Source: an uncultured virus (IMG/VR IMGVR_UViG_3300042691_030539) (taxonomy: Duplodnaviria > Heunggongvirae > Uroviricota > Caudoviricetes). From it: 64,000 bases of DNA. Position numbers and translations under genes: made by a program. Every line of letters begins with the position of its first letter. Position 1 is the first letter of the stretch. Location: IMG/VR virus record IMGVR_UViG_3300042691_030539, one strand, 5' to 3'. A model generated the notes under the pieces. It saw nothing but the letters and a program-made list of their open reading frames with translations, searched no databases and was not told the origin of the DNA. This document shows positions 45,951 through 56,145 of this stretch, one piece after another.

Positions 45951-46100
45951 ATGGCGACTGAAAATAATAAAAATATAAAATATTCATCAAAACAAAGTGT
46001 AAACCCCGTTAGAAAAAAGGTAACAGATACTACACAAATTAATTTGATAAAAAATATATTCAATCAATTTATAAATGCCGTAAAAGTTAAACATTTATAA
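45951..46100 (+). CDS. 49-aa basic peptide
   Basis: Manual translation MATENNKNIKYSSKQSVNPVRKKVTDTTQINLIKNIFNQFINAVKVKHL; fills the operon gap. Confidence 0.55.
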   Translation: MATENNKNIKYSSKQSVNPVRKKVTDTTQINLIKNIFNQFINAVKVKHL

Positions 46101-46120
46101 TAAGAATAAAAATTAGTTAT

Positions 46121-46447
46121 ATGGATATTGGTTTTAAAAAGATAGTGGGTTCTTTATTAAAAGACCCTACAAAAATAGTTACCATTGCAGATGCATGGAT
46201 TACCGCTGCAACCCCGACGGAAGAACAAAAAAAATTAGCAGAAGCTAGATGGAATATTTGCAGACAGTGCCCGGAGTTTAGAGAAAAACGGGATGTGATT
46301 GGTGATCCTTATTGTAACGATTGTGGATGTCCTCTTAAAAAGAAAATATTTACAAAAACTTACAATGAATGTCCTTTAAAAAAGTGGGAAGAGGTGGATA
46401 ATATATTTTGGAAAGATACACAAAAGATAAAAAAATCTATTTTATAA
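46121..46447 (+). CDS. Cys-rich metal-binding protein (DUF6171-like)
   Basis: RWNICRQC...CNDCGCPL...CPLKKW; ends KKSIL. Confidence 0.75.
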   Translation: MDIGFKKIVGSLLKDPTKIVTIADAWITAATPTEEQKKLAEARWNICRQCPEFREKRDVIGDPYCNDCGCPLKKKIFTKTYNECPLKKWEEVDNIFWKDTQKIKKSIL

Positions 46448-47731
46448 ATGTTACAAAAAATATATGTACACCACTATTATTCGATATCATTATTTTATAA
46501 ATTAGCCCACAATACAACTGAACGAGTATATTCCCTAAATAATGACATCGGAAGTGTTTTCTGTTTATATAATGGAAAAAAATTTGAATTTATTTTTAAT
46601 CCTGAATTAAACGATAATAATGATGGAATCCATCTTATTGATTTTTTATCAATAAATTATCAATTATATAAAAATGCAGAATATTCCGAAATAGACTGTG
46701 TGAATTTTCAAAAAGATCAAACAGCACATAGGGCCGGTGGTCCTTTTGGTACGAATGATATTCCAATAATGAAATGGATTGCAGACAAATTGCAAAATAA
46801 AAAAAAATGGATAATATTACTATTGAGGACCGAAAAATCGTTTATAAAATACGATTGGCCTCAATATTATCAAATAATGGATTTGGAAAATCAAATAGCA
46901 AGATGTAAGAACCATTACATAGTATCTGATAATCTTTTTTTAAATGATACCGTTGAATCTAACTATCCAAATCATTATTTTGTATTAACAAATACAATAC
47001 ATCAATGGAATGAACTACTATCAATACGATGGTATTATGAGTTCAAAAATATTTACGAAAAATTAAATCCTCCATATGATTTATGCTTCTCAATGCGTTA
47101 TCATAAAAAAAATAGAACGGCTTTGATAAAAGAATTGGCAAATTTAAAAAATAATCGTATCTTCTTATCAAGAACAGACAACTGTAAAAATAAAGAATTT
47201 TATAAAGAAGAAATTGATTTAAAAAAATTTAAAAATATAAATTTAAACGAATGGGAAGGTAGAGATTTTGCTGATATCAGCTGGGTTGAAAACGTAGAAC
47301 ATTATTTAGATTATATTATGAGAATATTACCAATGTCTAAATTACATATACTTTCAGAAACTTGGGATTGGTTTGATGGTGAACTTACATCAAATTATTT
47401 ATCAGAAAAAACGTATGGATTAATTTTAGCTAAAATACCATTCATATCTACGCACACATATCCACTAAAAATTGTTGAAAAAGCTTTGGGTGTCGAACAA
47501 CACCCATTCTACAAAGAAATATCCGAATGTGGAGTTGATGTAAAAAAATTTGTAAATTTTGTAAAAAAATTTTTAGATAATTTTGATGAAAATCATAAAT
47601 TGTGCGAAAATTGGAGTAATGAATGTCATACTCAACTTACCAATAAAATTAATAGTGAAAATTCTTTATTAGATATTATTCTAAATGATTTTAAAAAAAA
47701 TAATAAAATTTTTAAAAAAAATATAATCTAA
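46448..47731 (+). CDS. Hypothetical enzyme, possibly glycosyltransferase-like
   Basis: ILSET...YLSEKT...IPFI motif; ends KKNII. Confidence 0.65.
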   Translation: MLQKIYVHHYYSISLFYKLAHNTTERVYSLNNDIGSVFCLYNGKKFEFIFNPELNDNNDGIHLIDFLSINYQLYKNAEYSEIDCVNFQKDQTAHRAGGPFGTNDIPIMKWIADKLQNKKKWIILLLRTEKSFIKYDWPQYYQIMDLENQIARCKNHYIVSDNLFLNDTVESNYPNHYFVLTNTIHQWNELLSIRWYYEFKNIYEKLNPPYDLCFSMRYHKKNRTALIKELANLKNNRIFLSRTDNCKNKEFYKEEIDLKKFKNINLNEWEGRDFADISWVENVEHYLDYIMRILPMSKLHILSETWDWFDGELTSNYLSEKTYGLILAKIPFISTHTYPLKIVEKALGVEQHPFYKEISECGVDVKKFVNFVKKFLDNFDENHKLCENWSNECHTQLTNKINSENSLLDIILNDFKKNNKIFKKNII

Positions 47732-48465
47732 TGTTAATTGATAATAAGTTTTTTTATATTCCATTACCAAGATGCGCATCAACTTCTTTTTTTGCAACTT
47801 GTGTTAAAGAAAATATAAAAATAGAAACCGTAAGAGATTGGCTTAGTGTGGATACGCAAATAAAAAAATTTAATATAGATATAAACAATCTAAACTACGA
47901 TACGTTTCCACAACAATTCAGACATGCACATGAACCATTAAATCTTATGATTGAAAAATTTGGAAACCATGAAACAATATCTGTAAAAAGAAACAAATAC
48001 GATAGATTTATATCGACTTGGAATCATATTTTGCATGAAATGCATTTACACGAACACCCATATATTTTTAGAAAATGTTTATCTCTTAAATTGGATGATA
48101 TACTGTTTTATAAATCAGAAAATATTGTTGATAGTAGCTCAACTCAAAATACAATAAATGAATTCATATCTAGAAATTCTTTAGAAAAAATTGGAGAGTA
48201 TGGTATAAATATGATTATGATATTACTGAAGCCGGCATCCGATTATCATCATCATAATAAAGATATAATTTGGTTTGATTTTGAAAAATTATGGGAGTTA
48301 GAAAATTGGGTATCTAATAAATTAAATCGTAACTTCAAACTACTTAAAATAAATTCTAGTAGCCACTACTCCGGTTGCCTAAAATTAGATGCCAATTTTA
48401 TGAATAAATATGATTCTATATATGAGGTATATGATGTACCTAAAACACAAAAAAGTTTAATATAA
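47731..48465 (+). CDS. Sulfotransferase-like protein
   Basis: 5'PSB-like YIPLPRCASTS and 3'PB-like VKRNKYDRFIS; ends QKSLI. Confidence 0.7.
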   Translation: MLIDNKFFYIPLPRCASTSFFATCVKENIKIETVRDWLSVDTQIKKFNIDINNLNYDTFPQQFRHAHEPLNLMIEKFGNHETISVKRNKYDRFISTWNHILHEMHLHEHPYIFRKCLSLKLDDILFYKSENIVDSSSTQNTINEFISRNSLEKIGEYGINMIMILLKPASDYHHHNKDIIWFDFEKLWELENWVSNKLNRNFKLLKINSSSHYSGCLKLDANFMNKYDSIYEVYDVPKTQKSLI

Positions 48466-48469
48466 TGTT

Positions 48470-49033
48470 ATGAAAAGAGTAGAATTGAATGGAACATACG
48501 GATACGAAAATTTTATATCAGATGAAGAACAAAACTTTTTATTAAATTGGGTTTCAAAAAATGAAAGTTTATTTCATATTAACCAAACAGGAAGTGATAC
48601 CGTAAATGCTCCATATGGATCTAGAAAAATGTGTATCTTATCTAATTTTAAAAATGCACCTATTGAATTGGTAACCAATATAAAAAATAGAATAATAGAT
48701 ATTGAAAATATCGGTGAATGGATTGAAGAACCATATTTTAAAGATGCTATTGGAATAAATGGGGAAGGTGGAGCAATACATACACATTCTGATCCAAATA
48801 TAGATGGATATACTCACACTCGATACAATGTAATATTATCATATCCAATTGAGGGTGGCCACTCCATATACGATGGCCGGATAAATATTTTAAAAGAAAA
48901 AATGGTATGGAAATGCGTTGCTGGCAAAGTAAAGCATGGTAGTACAAATGTAGTGGGGCCAAAACCAAGAATAACATTAACTTTAGGATTTCAGATTAAA
49001 GATAAAGCAAAGCAAAAGAAAAGTTTAATATGA
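48470..49033 (+). CDS. 2OG-Fe(II) oxygenase
   Basis: HSD...H...R(IT) facial triad; ends KKSLI. Confidence 0.8.
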   Translation: MKRVELNGTYGYENFISDEEQNFLLNWVSKNESLFHINQTGSDTVNAPYGSRKMCILSNFKNAPIELVTNIKNRIIDIENIGEWIEEPYFKDAIGINGEGGAIHTHSDPNIDGYTHTRYNVILSYPIEGGHSIYDGRINILKEKMVWKCVAGKVKHGSTNVVGPKPRITLTLGFQIKDKAKQKKSLI

Positions 49034-49479
49034 AACGGTATGAACTGAACCATACGGAGATTATTAAAGAGCCTGAATTGTATTTTATCCATATATACAA
49101 CAAAGTTTGGATGGAATCGTATAAAGATACTATTCAACTTTTAATTCATTATTTTAATGATGAATATACGTGGGATGGAATGTTCACATTGAATGATGTT
49201 GAGAATCGTATAAAAGAAGGACATAATTTATTTATACTATATGTTGATAAACGAGCAATCGGATATGTTTGGTTCAGAGAAATAGATAAAAATACATGCT
49301 TTGGATACAATCTATATGTAACTAAAAAAATTGATAGACCCAAATGGGCCGCAAAGTGGTTTTATAATAAAGTATCTGAAATAATGCTAAAAAATTATAA
49401 AAAGATAAAAGTCGAAATAGAAGATTGGAATGGTGTGGTTATTGATATGGTAAAACGTATTGGATATAAAGAAATTTAA
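49030..49479 (+). CDS. GNAT-fold acetyltransferase-like protein
   Basis: AIGYVW, NLYV, W-N...KRIGY. Confidence 0.65.
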   Translation: MKRYELNHTEIIKEPELYFIHIYNKVWMESYKDTIQLLIHYFNDEYTWDGMFTLNDVENRIKEGHNLFILYVDKRAIGYVWFREIDKNTCFGYNLYVTKKIDRPKWAAKWFYNKVSEIMLKNYKKIKVEIEDWNGVVIDMVKRIGYKEI

Positions 49480-49489
49480 ATTAAAAAAT

Positions 49490-49807
49490 ATGATTATAGT
49501 TCCTGAAACACCGATAACAGAAGCAAGTTTTGAAAAATGGAAGTCACACAAAATAGAAGTTACAGATGAAGAAGATAGTTACTTCTATTATATCATTCCA
49601 CTAATAGATGTGGGTGAAGAAGAAATTATGGATATAGAGTCCGTTCCTGCACTATTTAGTTCTGAATCAGATGAATTTGAAGATGAAAATGGTAATCGTA
49701 TATTTACAATGCGTTTATTTGATGATGATTTACCTGAATTAACCACAGAAGAGGAAGTTGAAATTCTTTATAATATACTTACTAAAAAAGATTTAATATC
49801 CAAATAG
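49490..49807 (+). CDS. Acidic hypothetical protein
   Basis: ATG 49490. Confidence 0.65.
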   Translation: MIIVPETPITEASFEKWKSHKIEVTDEEDSYFYYIIPLIDVGEEEIMDIESVPALFSSESDEFEDENGNRIFTMRLFDDDLPELTTEEEVEILYNILTKKDLISK

Positions 49808-49809
49808 TA

Positions 49810-50436
49810 ATGAGAGTATTGATTATTGCACAACCAAGAACAGGAAGTACTATATTTTCAAAATGGTTAAGTAAAGAACTATCTTTATTGTGGTTAGATG
49901 AACCGTTCAATAGACAACTAGGAATATGTATAGAACAGTTTTTTAATTCGGATAATATACTTGCAAAAGTAATTTTTGAAGAAAAAAAAGGTGAGTGGTT
50001 TTATGACAAGAGAATTAAAAAAAATGATGATATATTATCATTAAATTGGGATTATATATTTGTATTGACGAGATTAAATACAAAAGATCAGGCGATAAGT
50101 AAAATTTGGGCTAATGAAAATCAATGCTGGTCTGAAACAAAATATAAAATTGATGAGGAGTGGACAAATAGACGTGATAGAATAATAGAAAAACAAATAA
50201 TAAAATTTGAAGAAGATAAAAAAATTATTGATTCCATAAATGCATACAAACTAACATATGAAGAAATATATGAATCAAAATCTATTATAAATGATATAAA
50301 AAATATTTTTAATATAGATAGTTTTGAACATTTAGATGATTTATCAAAGGAAAATAGATATAGGAAATTCAATGATTATAATGGAGAAGATTTATTTGAT
50401 AATTTCAAAAAAAAATCTTATATTAGAGTATTATAA
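49810..50436 (+). CDS. Sulfotransferase-like (Stf0-like) protein
   Basis: IIAQPRTGST, EPFN, LTR...QAIS and LTYEE. Confidence 0.75.
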   Translation: MRVLIIAQPRTGSTIFSKWLSKELSLLWLDEPFNRQLGICIEQFFNSDNILAKVIFEEKKGEWFYDKRIKKNDDILSLNWDYIFVLTRLNTKDQAISKIWANENQCWSETKYKIDEEWTNRRDRIIEKQIIKFEEDKKIIDSINAYKLTYEEIYESKSIINDIKNIFNIDSFEHLDDLSKENRYRKFNDYNGEDLFDNFKKKSYIRVL

Positions 50437-50452
50437 AGTTAAACTCTAAAGA

Positions 50453-51097
50453 ATGAAACAAAAAACAGAAGCCGAATTACAGGCAAATTACGAAAAATTT
50501 ATTGCAGTATTAAAAAAGTATTTTACAGGTAAAAGACTTGAAAAACTACTTCATATGTACTCCGAAAAAGAATTAGGAATAAACCTAACCTTATCACCGG
50601 CTTCCGGTGCGGTTCAATACCACAATGCGTATATTGGGGGTTATATTGACCACATTTTCAATGTAACAAAAAATGCTTTGAGAATGAAAGAAATGTTTAT
50701 ATCGGCGGGTGGTAACATAGATTTTACAGATGAAGAATTGGTATTTGCCTGTTTGCATCATGATTTGGGAAAATTGGGGGTTGCAGGTGAGATGCATTAC
50801 CTACCAAACGATTCAGATTGGGAAATTAAAAAAGGCCATGTATTCAAGAGAAATGATAAAATTTCCTATATGACTCTTACTGATAGAACATTTTTTACTT
50901 TGAATGAATATGGGATATCTTACAATGAAAAAGAATATTTTGCTATAAAACTAACCGATGGTATGTATGATGAGGATAATCAGAAATACCTAAAAGGACA
51001 TGATATTAAAAAGCAATTGAGATACAAACTGCAATTCATTATGCATTGGGCAGACCACATGTCTACTATAATTGAAAGACAAGATGTCAAAATGTAA
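50453..51097 (+). CDS. HD-domain phosphohydrolase
   Basis: HNAYIGGYIDH, LHHDLGK, HWAD; upstream promoter TTTG 50395 / TATATTAG 50419. Confidence 0.85.
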   Translation: MKQKTEAELQANYEKFIAVLKKYFTGKRLEKLLHMYSEKELGINLTLSPASGAVQYHNAYIGGYIDHIFNVTKNALRMKEMFISAGGNIDFTDEELVFACLHHDLGKLGVAGEMHYLPNDSDWEIKKGHVFKRNDKISYMTLTDRTFFTLNEYGISYNEKEYFAIKLTDGMYDEDNQKYLKGHDIKKQLRYKLQFIMHWADHMSTIIERQDVKM

Positions 51098-51176
51098 TGA
51101 CATTATTACATAAAATTTGAATTGGTATAATAATTGAACATAATGTGTATATTATTTAACCAAAAAATTAAAAACT

Positions 51177-51563
51177 ATGTATTACACACATTTTGACAAA
51201 ATTTTAGACACACTATTTGATGACCAAATTGTTTGGAAAAATCACTCAACAACATTTGTTCCATCCAAATTTGCAGTAGATGTTATTGATGATAGAGCAC
51301 ATATTGCACTATCTGTATTGGGTCATAATCCCGAAAACATTGATATCAACTGCTATGAAGATAGAATTGAAGTAAAGGCAAAAAAGAGTGAAGAAAAGTT
51401 ACCTTTTAACCAATTAGTAGCCAATATCGATGAGAGAATTACTTTAGGTAAAGATTTAGATGGTAGAAATGCCAAAGCGGAAATTAAAAACGGTATTTTA
51501 ACAATCGTTGTAGAAAGAAAAGAAGAATCTAAACCTAAAAAAATAAATTTGAAGGTATCTTAA
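51177..51563 (+). CDS. Small heat-shock protein (Hsp20)
   Basis: AEIKNGILTIVV...KPKKINL. Confidence 0.85.
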   Translation: MYYTHFDKILDTLFDDQIVWKNHSTTFVPSKFAVDVIDDRAHIALSVLGHNPENIDINCYEDRIEVKAKKSEEKLPFNQLVANIDERITLGKDLDGRNAKAEIKNGILTIVVERKEESKPKKINLKVS

Positions 51564-51751
51564 TTACGACTTCTTCGATATTTAAGTATTATTTTTAAAA
51601 TTGTTATGAAAAGAACAATACCTACTGCAATTTTAGCAATTGGATCTTTTGATATAGTATGCAATAGAGGTATTAATTTTTGTATAGATTCTATATAATA
51701 ATCTATATCTAAAAGTTCATCCATATTAATGGATTGTAGTATGGTTTTCAT
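51560..51751 (-). CDS. Small membrane protein
   Basis: C-terminal TM helix; TATTTATA immediately upstream on the minus strand. Confidence 0.55.
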   Translation of the reverse strand: MKTILQSINMDELLDIDYYIESIQKLIPLLHTISKDPIAKIAVGIVLFITILKIILKYRRSRN

Positions 51752-51881
51752 AAGTATAAATATTTAAATACACAGTTTAAAAGTTGGAAAAATCGGTTAT
51801 TTTTCGTATAATTGAAGAGGTAAGAATTTTTCTTACCTTTTTCTTTTTTTTTAAAAACATAAAAATAAAATATTTATACCT

Positions 51882-52058
51882 ATGATATACAACGAAAAAA
51901 TACAAACTTTGTTAGAAGCACTCGATGGCAAATTGAGAATAATTCAAAATGTTGCCGCTGGTGCTCAACAACTAACTCCATCGGAAGTTAATACTACAAT
52001 TGAGGATGCACGAAAAATAGTAGAACGTGTATCGGAGTTAGTTTCGATTAATAGATAA
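51882..52058 (+). CDS. Small helical protein
   Basis: Manual ORF MIYNEKIQTLLEALDGKL...VSINR after TATTTATA. Confidence 0.65.
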   Translation: MIYNEKIQTLLEALDGKLRIIQNVAAGAQQLTPSEVNTTIEDARKIVERVSELVSINR

Positions 52059-52062
52059 TACT

Positions 52063-53217
52063 ATGAATTGGCTTAAGATTTTAGTCGGATTTTCCGCACT
52101 AATTATTGCAGGATGTGCGGCTTATTTTTCAGTAACAGGATTAGGTGTACTATTCGCTGGAGCATCAGTTTCTGTTATGATAATGGCCTCTGCGTTGGAA
52201 CTTGCAAAATTAGTTGCAGCTACTTATTTGAAACAAAAATGGGATGAAATTAGTGGATTTAACAAATGGTATATTACCATTTCGGTTGGAATTCTTATGC
52301 TAATCACATCTGCAGGTATTTTTGGTTATTTATCAAATGCGTTTCAGGCACAATCTCTAAAATTACAAGTAGTAGATAGAGAAATTGCCGTACATGAAAC
52401 AAAAATTACCGCAAATGAACAAAGGATTATACAATTTACCGAACAAATATCAGTTTTACAGCAAAATTCGGGTAAATTATTAGATAACGGCAAAGTAAAC
52501 TCTCGTCTTATCCGTTCGGTTGATAACAGAGATAAAGAAATCTCAAAAATTAATGATAAAATCTCTAAATTACAAGAAGAAAATTCATTAGAAACAGAAA
52601 AAATCAATGAAATTAAGTTAAAAAATTTAGATTTAGAAAAAGAAGTTGGTGGGTTTCGTTTTGTAGCGGAAGCATTTGGGATGGAATTAAAAAATGTAGT
52701 AAAATTCTTCATATTTTTAATTGTAATTGTATTTGACCCACTTGCCGTTGCGTTAATTATCGCTTTCAACGGATTACTTTCTGATGGGAAAAGACGAAGA
52801 AGGGAGATTTTAACAGAAATGATGGAAAATGACGAAAAATTGGGGTTATATGAAATCTATGGTGATAAAAAAGAAGATATAGTGGAAAATATTTCACAAA
52901 ATACAGAAGATAGTGGAAAAAATTCTACAAAAGAAGAAGAAACGCAATCTATATTGGAAAATAATTTAAGAATACCAATAGATTTGGATGGTGACGGAAA
53001 CGTAGATGGATATGATACTGATGGTGATGGGTTGATTGATGAATTTACTCCAAAAACTGCTGCCAGAGCAAGAGAGATTAAGAATAAGTTACCATACTAT
53101 GCAAGACCGGGATTTGATTGGTCCGATAAAACACAATGGATAAATGACCAAAACGCAGTTAATTACTGGCTAAAATATAAAAAGTCCCAAGAGGATGATT
53201 TAGTTAAAATTTACTAA
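52063..53217 (+). CDS. Multi-TM coiled-coil protein with DxDGDG Ca-binding repeats
   Basis: N-terminal TM helices; DLDGDG and DTDGDG. Confidence 0.8.
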   Translation: MNWLKILVGFSALIIAGCAAYFSVTGLGVLFAGASVSVMIMASALELAKLVAATYLKQKWDEISGFNKWYITISVGILMLITSAGIFGYLSNAFQAQSLKLQVVDREIAVHETKITANEQRIIQFTEQISVLQQNSGKLLDNGKVNSRLIRSVDNRDKEISKINDKISKLQEENSLETEKINEIKLKNLDLEKEVGGFRFVAEAFGMELKNVVKFFIFLIVIVFDPLAVALIIAFNGLLSDGKRRRREILTEMMENDEKLGLYEIYGDKKEDIVENISQNTEDSGKNSTKEEETQSILENNLRIPIDLDGDGNVDGYDTDGDGLIDEFTPKTAARAREIKNKLPYYARPGFDWSDKTQWINDQNAVNYWLKYKKSQEDDLVKIY

Positions 53218-53256
53218 AATTTGGTATTTTAGATTATTTTTCTTATATTAGTACCT

Positions 53257-54198
53257 ATGAATATAGGATATGCATGTATTAATATGACAATGGGTAAGCA
53301 CGTAACAACAAATCGTGCAATGGTTAAAAAAACCTTCAATACCAAAGGATTGGATTATGTTTCCGAACTTGCACTTAAAAATTCGGCAGACATTATTAAG
53401 ATTTTAGAATGGAATAGATTAAATGGTATCTATTTCTTCCGATTATCTTCTGCAATCATTCCGTGGGGTGACCATATTGATTTAACCCAACTTAAAGATT
53501 ACAAACAAATTAAGAGAGAACTCAAAAAAGCAGGTGATTTTGCTAAATTTCACAATATGCGTATTAATTCGCATCCTGGTCCTTTTTGTGTACTTACTTC
53601 ACCAAATGAAACCGTTGTAAACAATACAATAGCAGATTTGGAACTACATGGTAAGATATTTGATATGATGGGGTTATCTAAAACACCATACAATAACATT
53701 AATATTCATTGTAATGGGGTTTACGGAGATAAACAGAGTGCAATGGATAGATTCATCACCAACTTCAATAAGTGTTCTAATTCGGTTAAAACGAGGCTTA
53801 CAATTGAGAATGATGATAAAGGTTCTATGTACTCCGTTAAGGATTTGATGTACATTTACGAAAGAACAGGTATCCCCATTGTATTCGATTACCATCATCA
53901 TCAGTTTTGTACAGGTGACCTTTCAGAAGAACAGGCATTAAAGTTAGCAGCAACAACCTGGCCTGAAGGAATCACGCAGGAAGTACATTATTCAGAATCA
54001 AAAGCTTTGCATGAGAATGATAGCAAACAAAAACCACAAGCACACTCCGATTATATTAATGTTCTCCCCAATACATACGGATTAGATTTGGATATTATGG
54101 TTGAAGCAAAAGCAAAAGAATTAGCAATACTACCATTCATAGGTAAACAAAATATGTGTGAATATAGTGGATTAAAATCAGTAGAATCATACGTTTAA
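53257..54198 (+). CDS. uvsE: UV-damage endonuclease
   Basis: IGYACIN, FFRLSS, HPG, IENDD, FDYHHH, HSDY and MVEAKAKE. Confidence 0.93.
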   Translation: MNIGYACINMTMGKHVTTNRAMVKKTFNTKGLDYVSELALKNSADIIKILEWNRLNGIYFFRLSSAIIPWGDHIDLTQLKDYKQIKRELKKAGDFAKFHNMRINSHPGPFCVLTSPNETVVNNTIADLELHGKIFDMMGLSKTPYNNINIHCNGVYGDKQSAMDRFITNFNKCSNSVKTRLTIENDDKGSMYSVKDLMYIYERTGIPIVFDYHHHQFCTGDLSEEQALKLAATTWPEGITQEVHYSESKALHENDSKQKPQAHSDYINVLPNTYGLDLDIMVEAKAKELAILPFIGKQNMCEYSGLKSVESYV

Positions 54199-54391
54199 TT
54201 ATTTAAAATTTATATATGAAAAATTATTTTGATTATTGGTATAAAAGAACCATAAAAGATGGGTTGAAAGCAATCAAATTAGTAATAGGGTTGGGATTAG
54301 CAGTATCTTTTGGGTATTCCGTTAATTTGCCAATTGGTATTATGTTTTTTGGATGGGTATTGATTGAATCTCTTATAGAAAAAAATTAATT

Positions 54392-54760
54392 ATGAAAAAA
54401 TACGCATTATATATTGGAAGATGGCAGAATTGGCACAAAGGACATGAGTGGTTAATCCGCCAACAAATGGATAAAGGAAAGAATGTTTGGGTTGCAATTA
54501 GAGATGTGCAGGTGGATGAAAATAATCCAAAATCTGCTCAAGAAGTTTTAATTATGTTACAAAATGAACCATTCTTTCAGAGTAATTGGGACAAACTATT
54601 TGTATCAATCATTCCTGATGTTGAAAGTGTAAACTATGGTAGAGGTGTAGGTTATGATGTTATCTATCACGAACCACCAACTGAAATTGCTGAAATAAGT
54701 GGAACTAAAATTAGAAAGGGAGTTATAGATAATAACGGAAATAGTATAGATGTTTTATGA
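54392..54760 (+). CDS. HxGH nucleotidyltransferase
   Basis: YIGRWQNWHKGH; ISGTKIR. Confidence 0.8.
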   Translation: MKKYALYIGRWQNWHKGHEWLIRQQMDKGKNVWVAIRDVQVDENNPKSAQEVLIMLQNEPFFQSNWDKLFVSIIPDVESVNYGRGVGYDVIYHEPPTEIAEISGTKIRKGVIDNNGNSIDVL

Positions 54761-55299
54761 TTATAGTAGAAGAAAATTTTAATTTACTAGATTCGATTGA
54801 AAAAGATTCTATAAAAGAAAAATGTGATAATTTTATGATATCACAATCTCCAAATATGAATGGAGAAATGAAAAACTACTACAATAGGTTTACATTGAAT
54901 CCGAATGCCAACGATTTAAAATCTATAAGTCAAAAAATATTATCCTATACAAAGGAAAAAATAAGATTATATTCATCCGATATGAGAGGGTGTGATATTC
55001 AAAATACAAAATCTATTTCTATAAATAGAATAGATACTACATCAAATACCAATGATGGGTATCATTATGATGATTCAGATGTAACGTTTATTTTGTATTT
55101 AAATGATGAATTTGAAGGCGGTGAGTTTGAATATATTGATAACAAAAATAGTGTAAAAAAAATAAAACCTAAAAAAAATATGATTATCATTTCCAACGAT
55201 AAAGTAAGTCATAGAGTTCTTCCCGTAGTAAGTGGTATTAGGTATAGTTTAATTTATTTTTTTGATATTATAAAGAAAAAAGACAAAACACTAATATAA
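54757..55299 (+). CDS. 2OG-Fe(II) oxygenase
   Basis: HYD, LYLNDEFEGGEF, HRV and RYSL; ends DKTLI. Confidence 0.85.
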   Translation: MIIVEENFNLLDSIEKDSIKEKCDNFMISQSPNMNGEMKNYYNRFTLNPNANDLKSISQKILSYTKEKIRLYSSDMRGCDIQNTKSISINRIDTTSNTNDGYHYDDSDVTFILYLNDEFEGGEFEYIDNKNSVKKIKPKKNMIIISNDKVSHRVLPVVSGIRYSLIYFFDIIKKKDKTLI

Positions 55300-55511
55300 T
55301 GCCTTTAGTTAAAAGACATATAGCAAAAAGTATAAGTTATAGGTTTATAGGAACTATAACTACAATTATTCTTACCACAGTTGCCGGCCTTCCAATAAAG
55401 TGGGCAGGAATGGTGGGATTGGGAGAGTTAGTAATCAAACCAATAATATACTTTCTACATGAGAGGATTTGGTATAAATTTATAAAATACGGATTAAAAA
55501 AAGAAAAATGA
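55299..55511 (+). CDS. DUF2061-like membrane protein
   Basis: AKSISYR...YFLHERIW. Confidence 0.8.
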   Translation: MPLVKRHIAKSISYRFIGTITTIILTTVAGLPIKWAGMVGLGELVIKPIIYFLHERIWYKFIKYGLKKEK

Positions 55512-56143
55512 AATTAGTAACTGAAAAAAACAAAAACGGATTTGAAACAAATGAATTCAGGGAGTACTTAAAAACTCCATGTCCAAAAACAGAAATGACA
55601 CAAGATGAAGTTGATATGCTTCGGGATACATTATCAATGGGATTATCAACTTACCCAGGTTTAGGGATATCCGCAACTCAATTGGGTATTAAAAAAAGAG
55701 CATGCCTAATAAGATTTGGTGATGAAGAATTATTTTTAGTAAACCCAATAATAAAAGAAAAATCTAAAGAAGGGTTTCTTTTTTATGAAGGATGTTTATC
55801 AATACCAAGAACAATTGAAAAACCAATTCGTACAATAAGAGCTTGTAAAGTAGTTATTGATACTGATAATCTTGGAGAATTGACATTTGAAATAAATCCA
55901 GATGGTGATAAGGCAGGTGAACAAATTTCAAAAGAAACAATGATGACTGTTATTGTTCAGCATGAAATTGATCATTTGGATGGATTTACAATTAGAGATA
56001 GGGTTTATAGTACCACATTGGTTAAATCAGAAAACTATGGTAGAAACGATAGAGTTGTAATGAAATCCCCCGATGGTGATATGGTTGAAGTTAAGTATAA
56101 AAAGGCAAATGATTATTTTTTAAAGGGGTATGAAATAGTTTAA
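55508..56143 (+). CDS. def: Peptide deformylase
   Basis: GLGISATQLG, EGCLS and QHEIDHLDG. Confidence 0.93.
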   Translation: MKLVTEKNKNGFETNEFREYLKTPCPKTEMTQDEVDMLRDTLSMGLSTYPGLGISATQLGIKKRACLIRFGDEELFLVNPIIKEKSKEGFLFYEGCLSIPRTIEKPIRTIRACKVVIDTDNLGELTFEINPDGDKAGEQISKETMMTVIVQHEIDHLDGFTIRDRVYSTTLVKSENYGRNDRVVMKSPDGDMVEVKYKKANDYFLKGYEIV

Positions 56144-56145
56144 TT

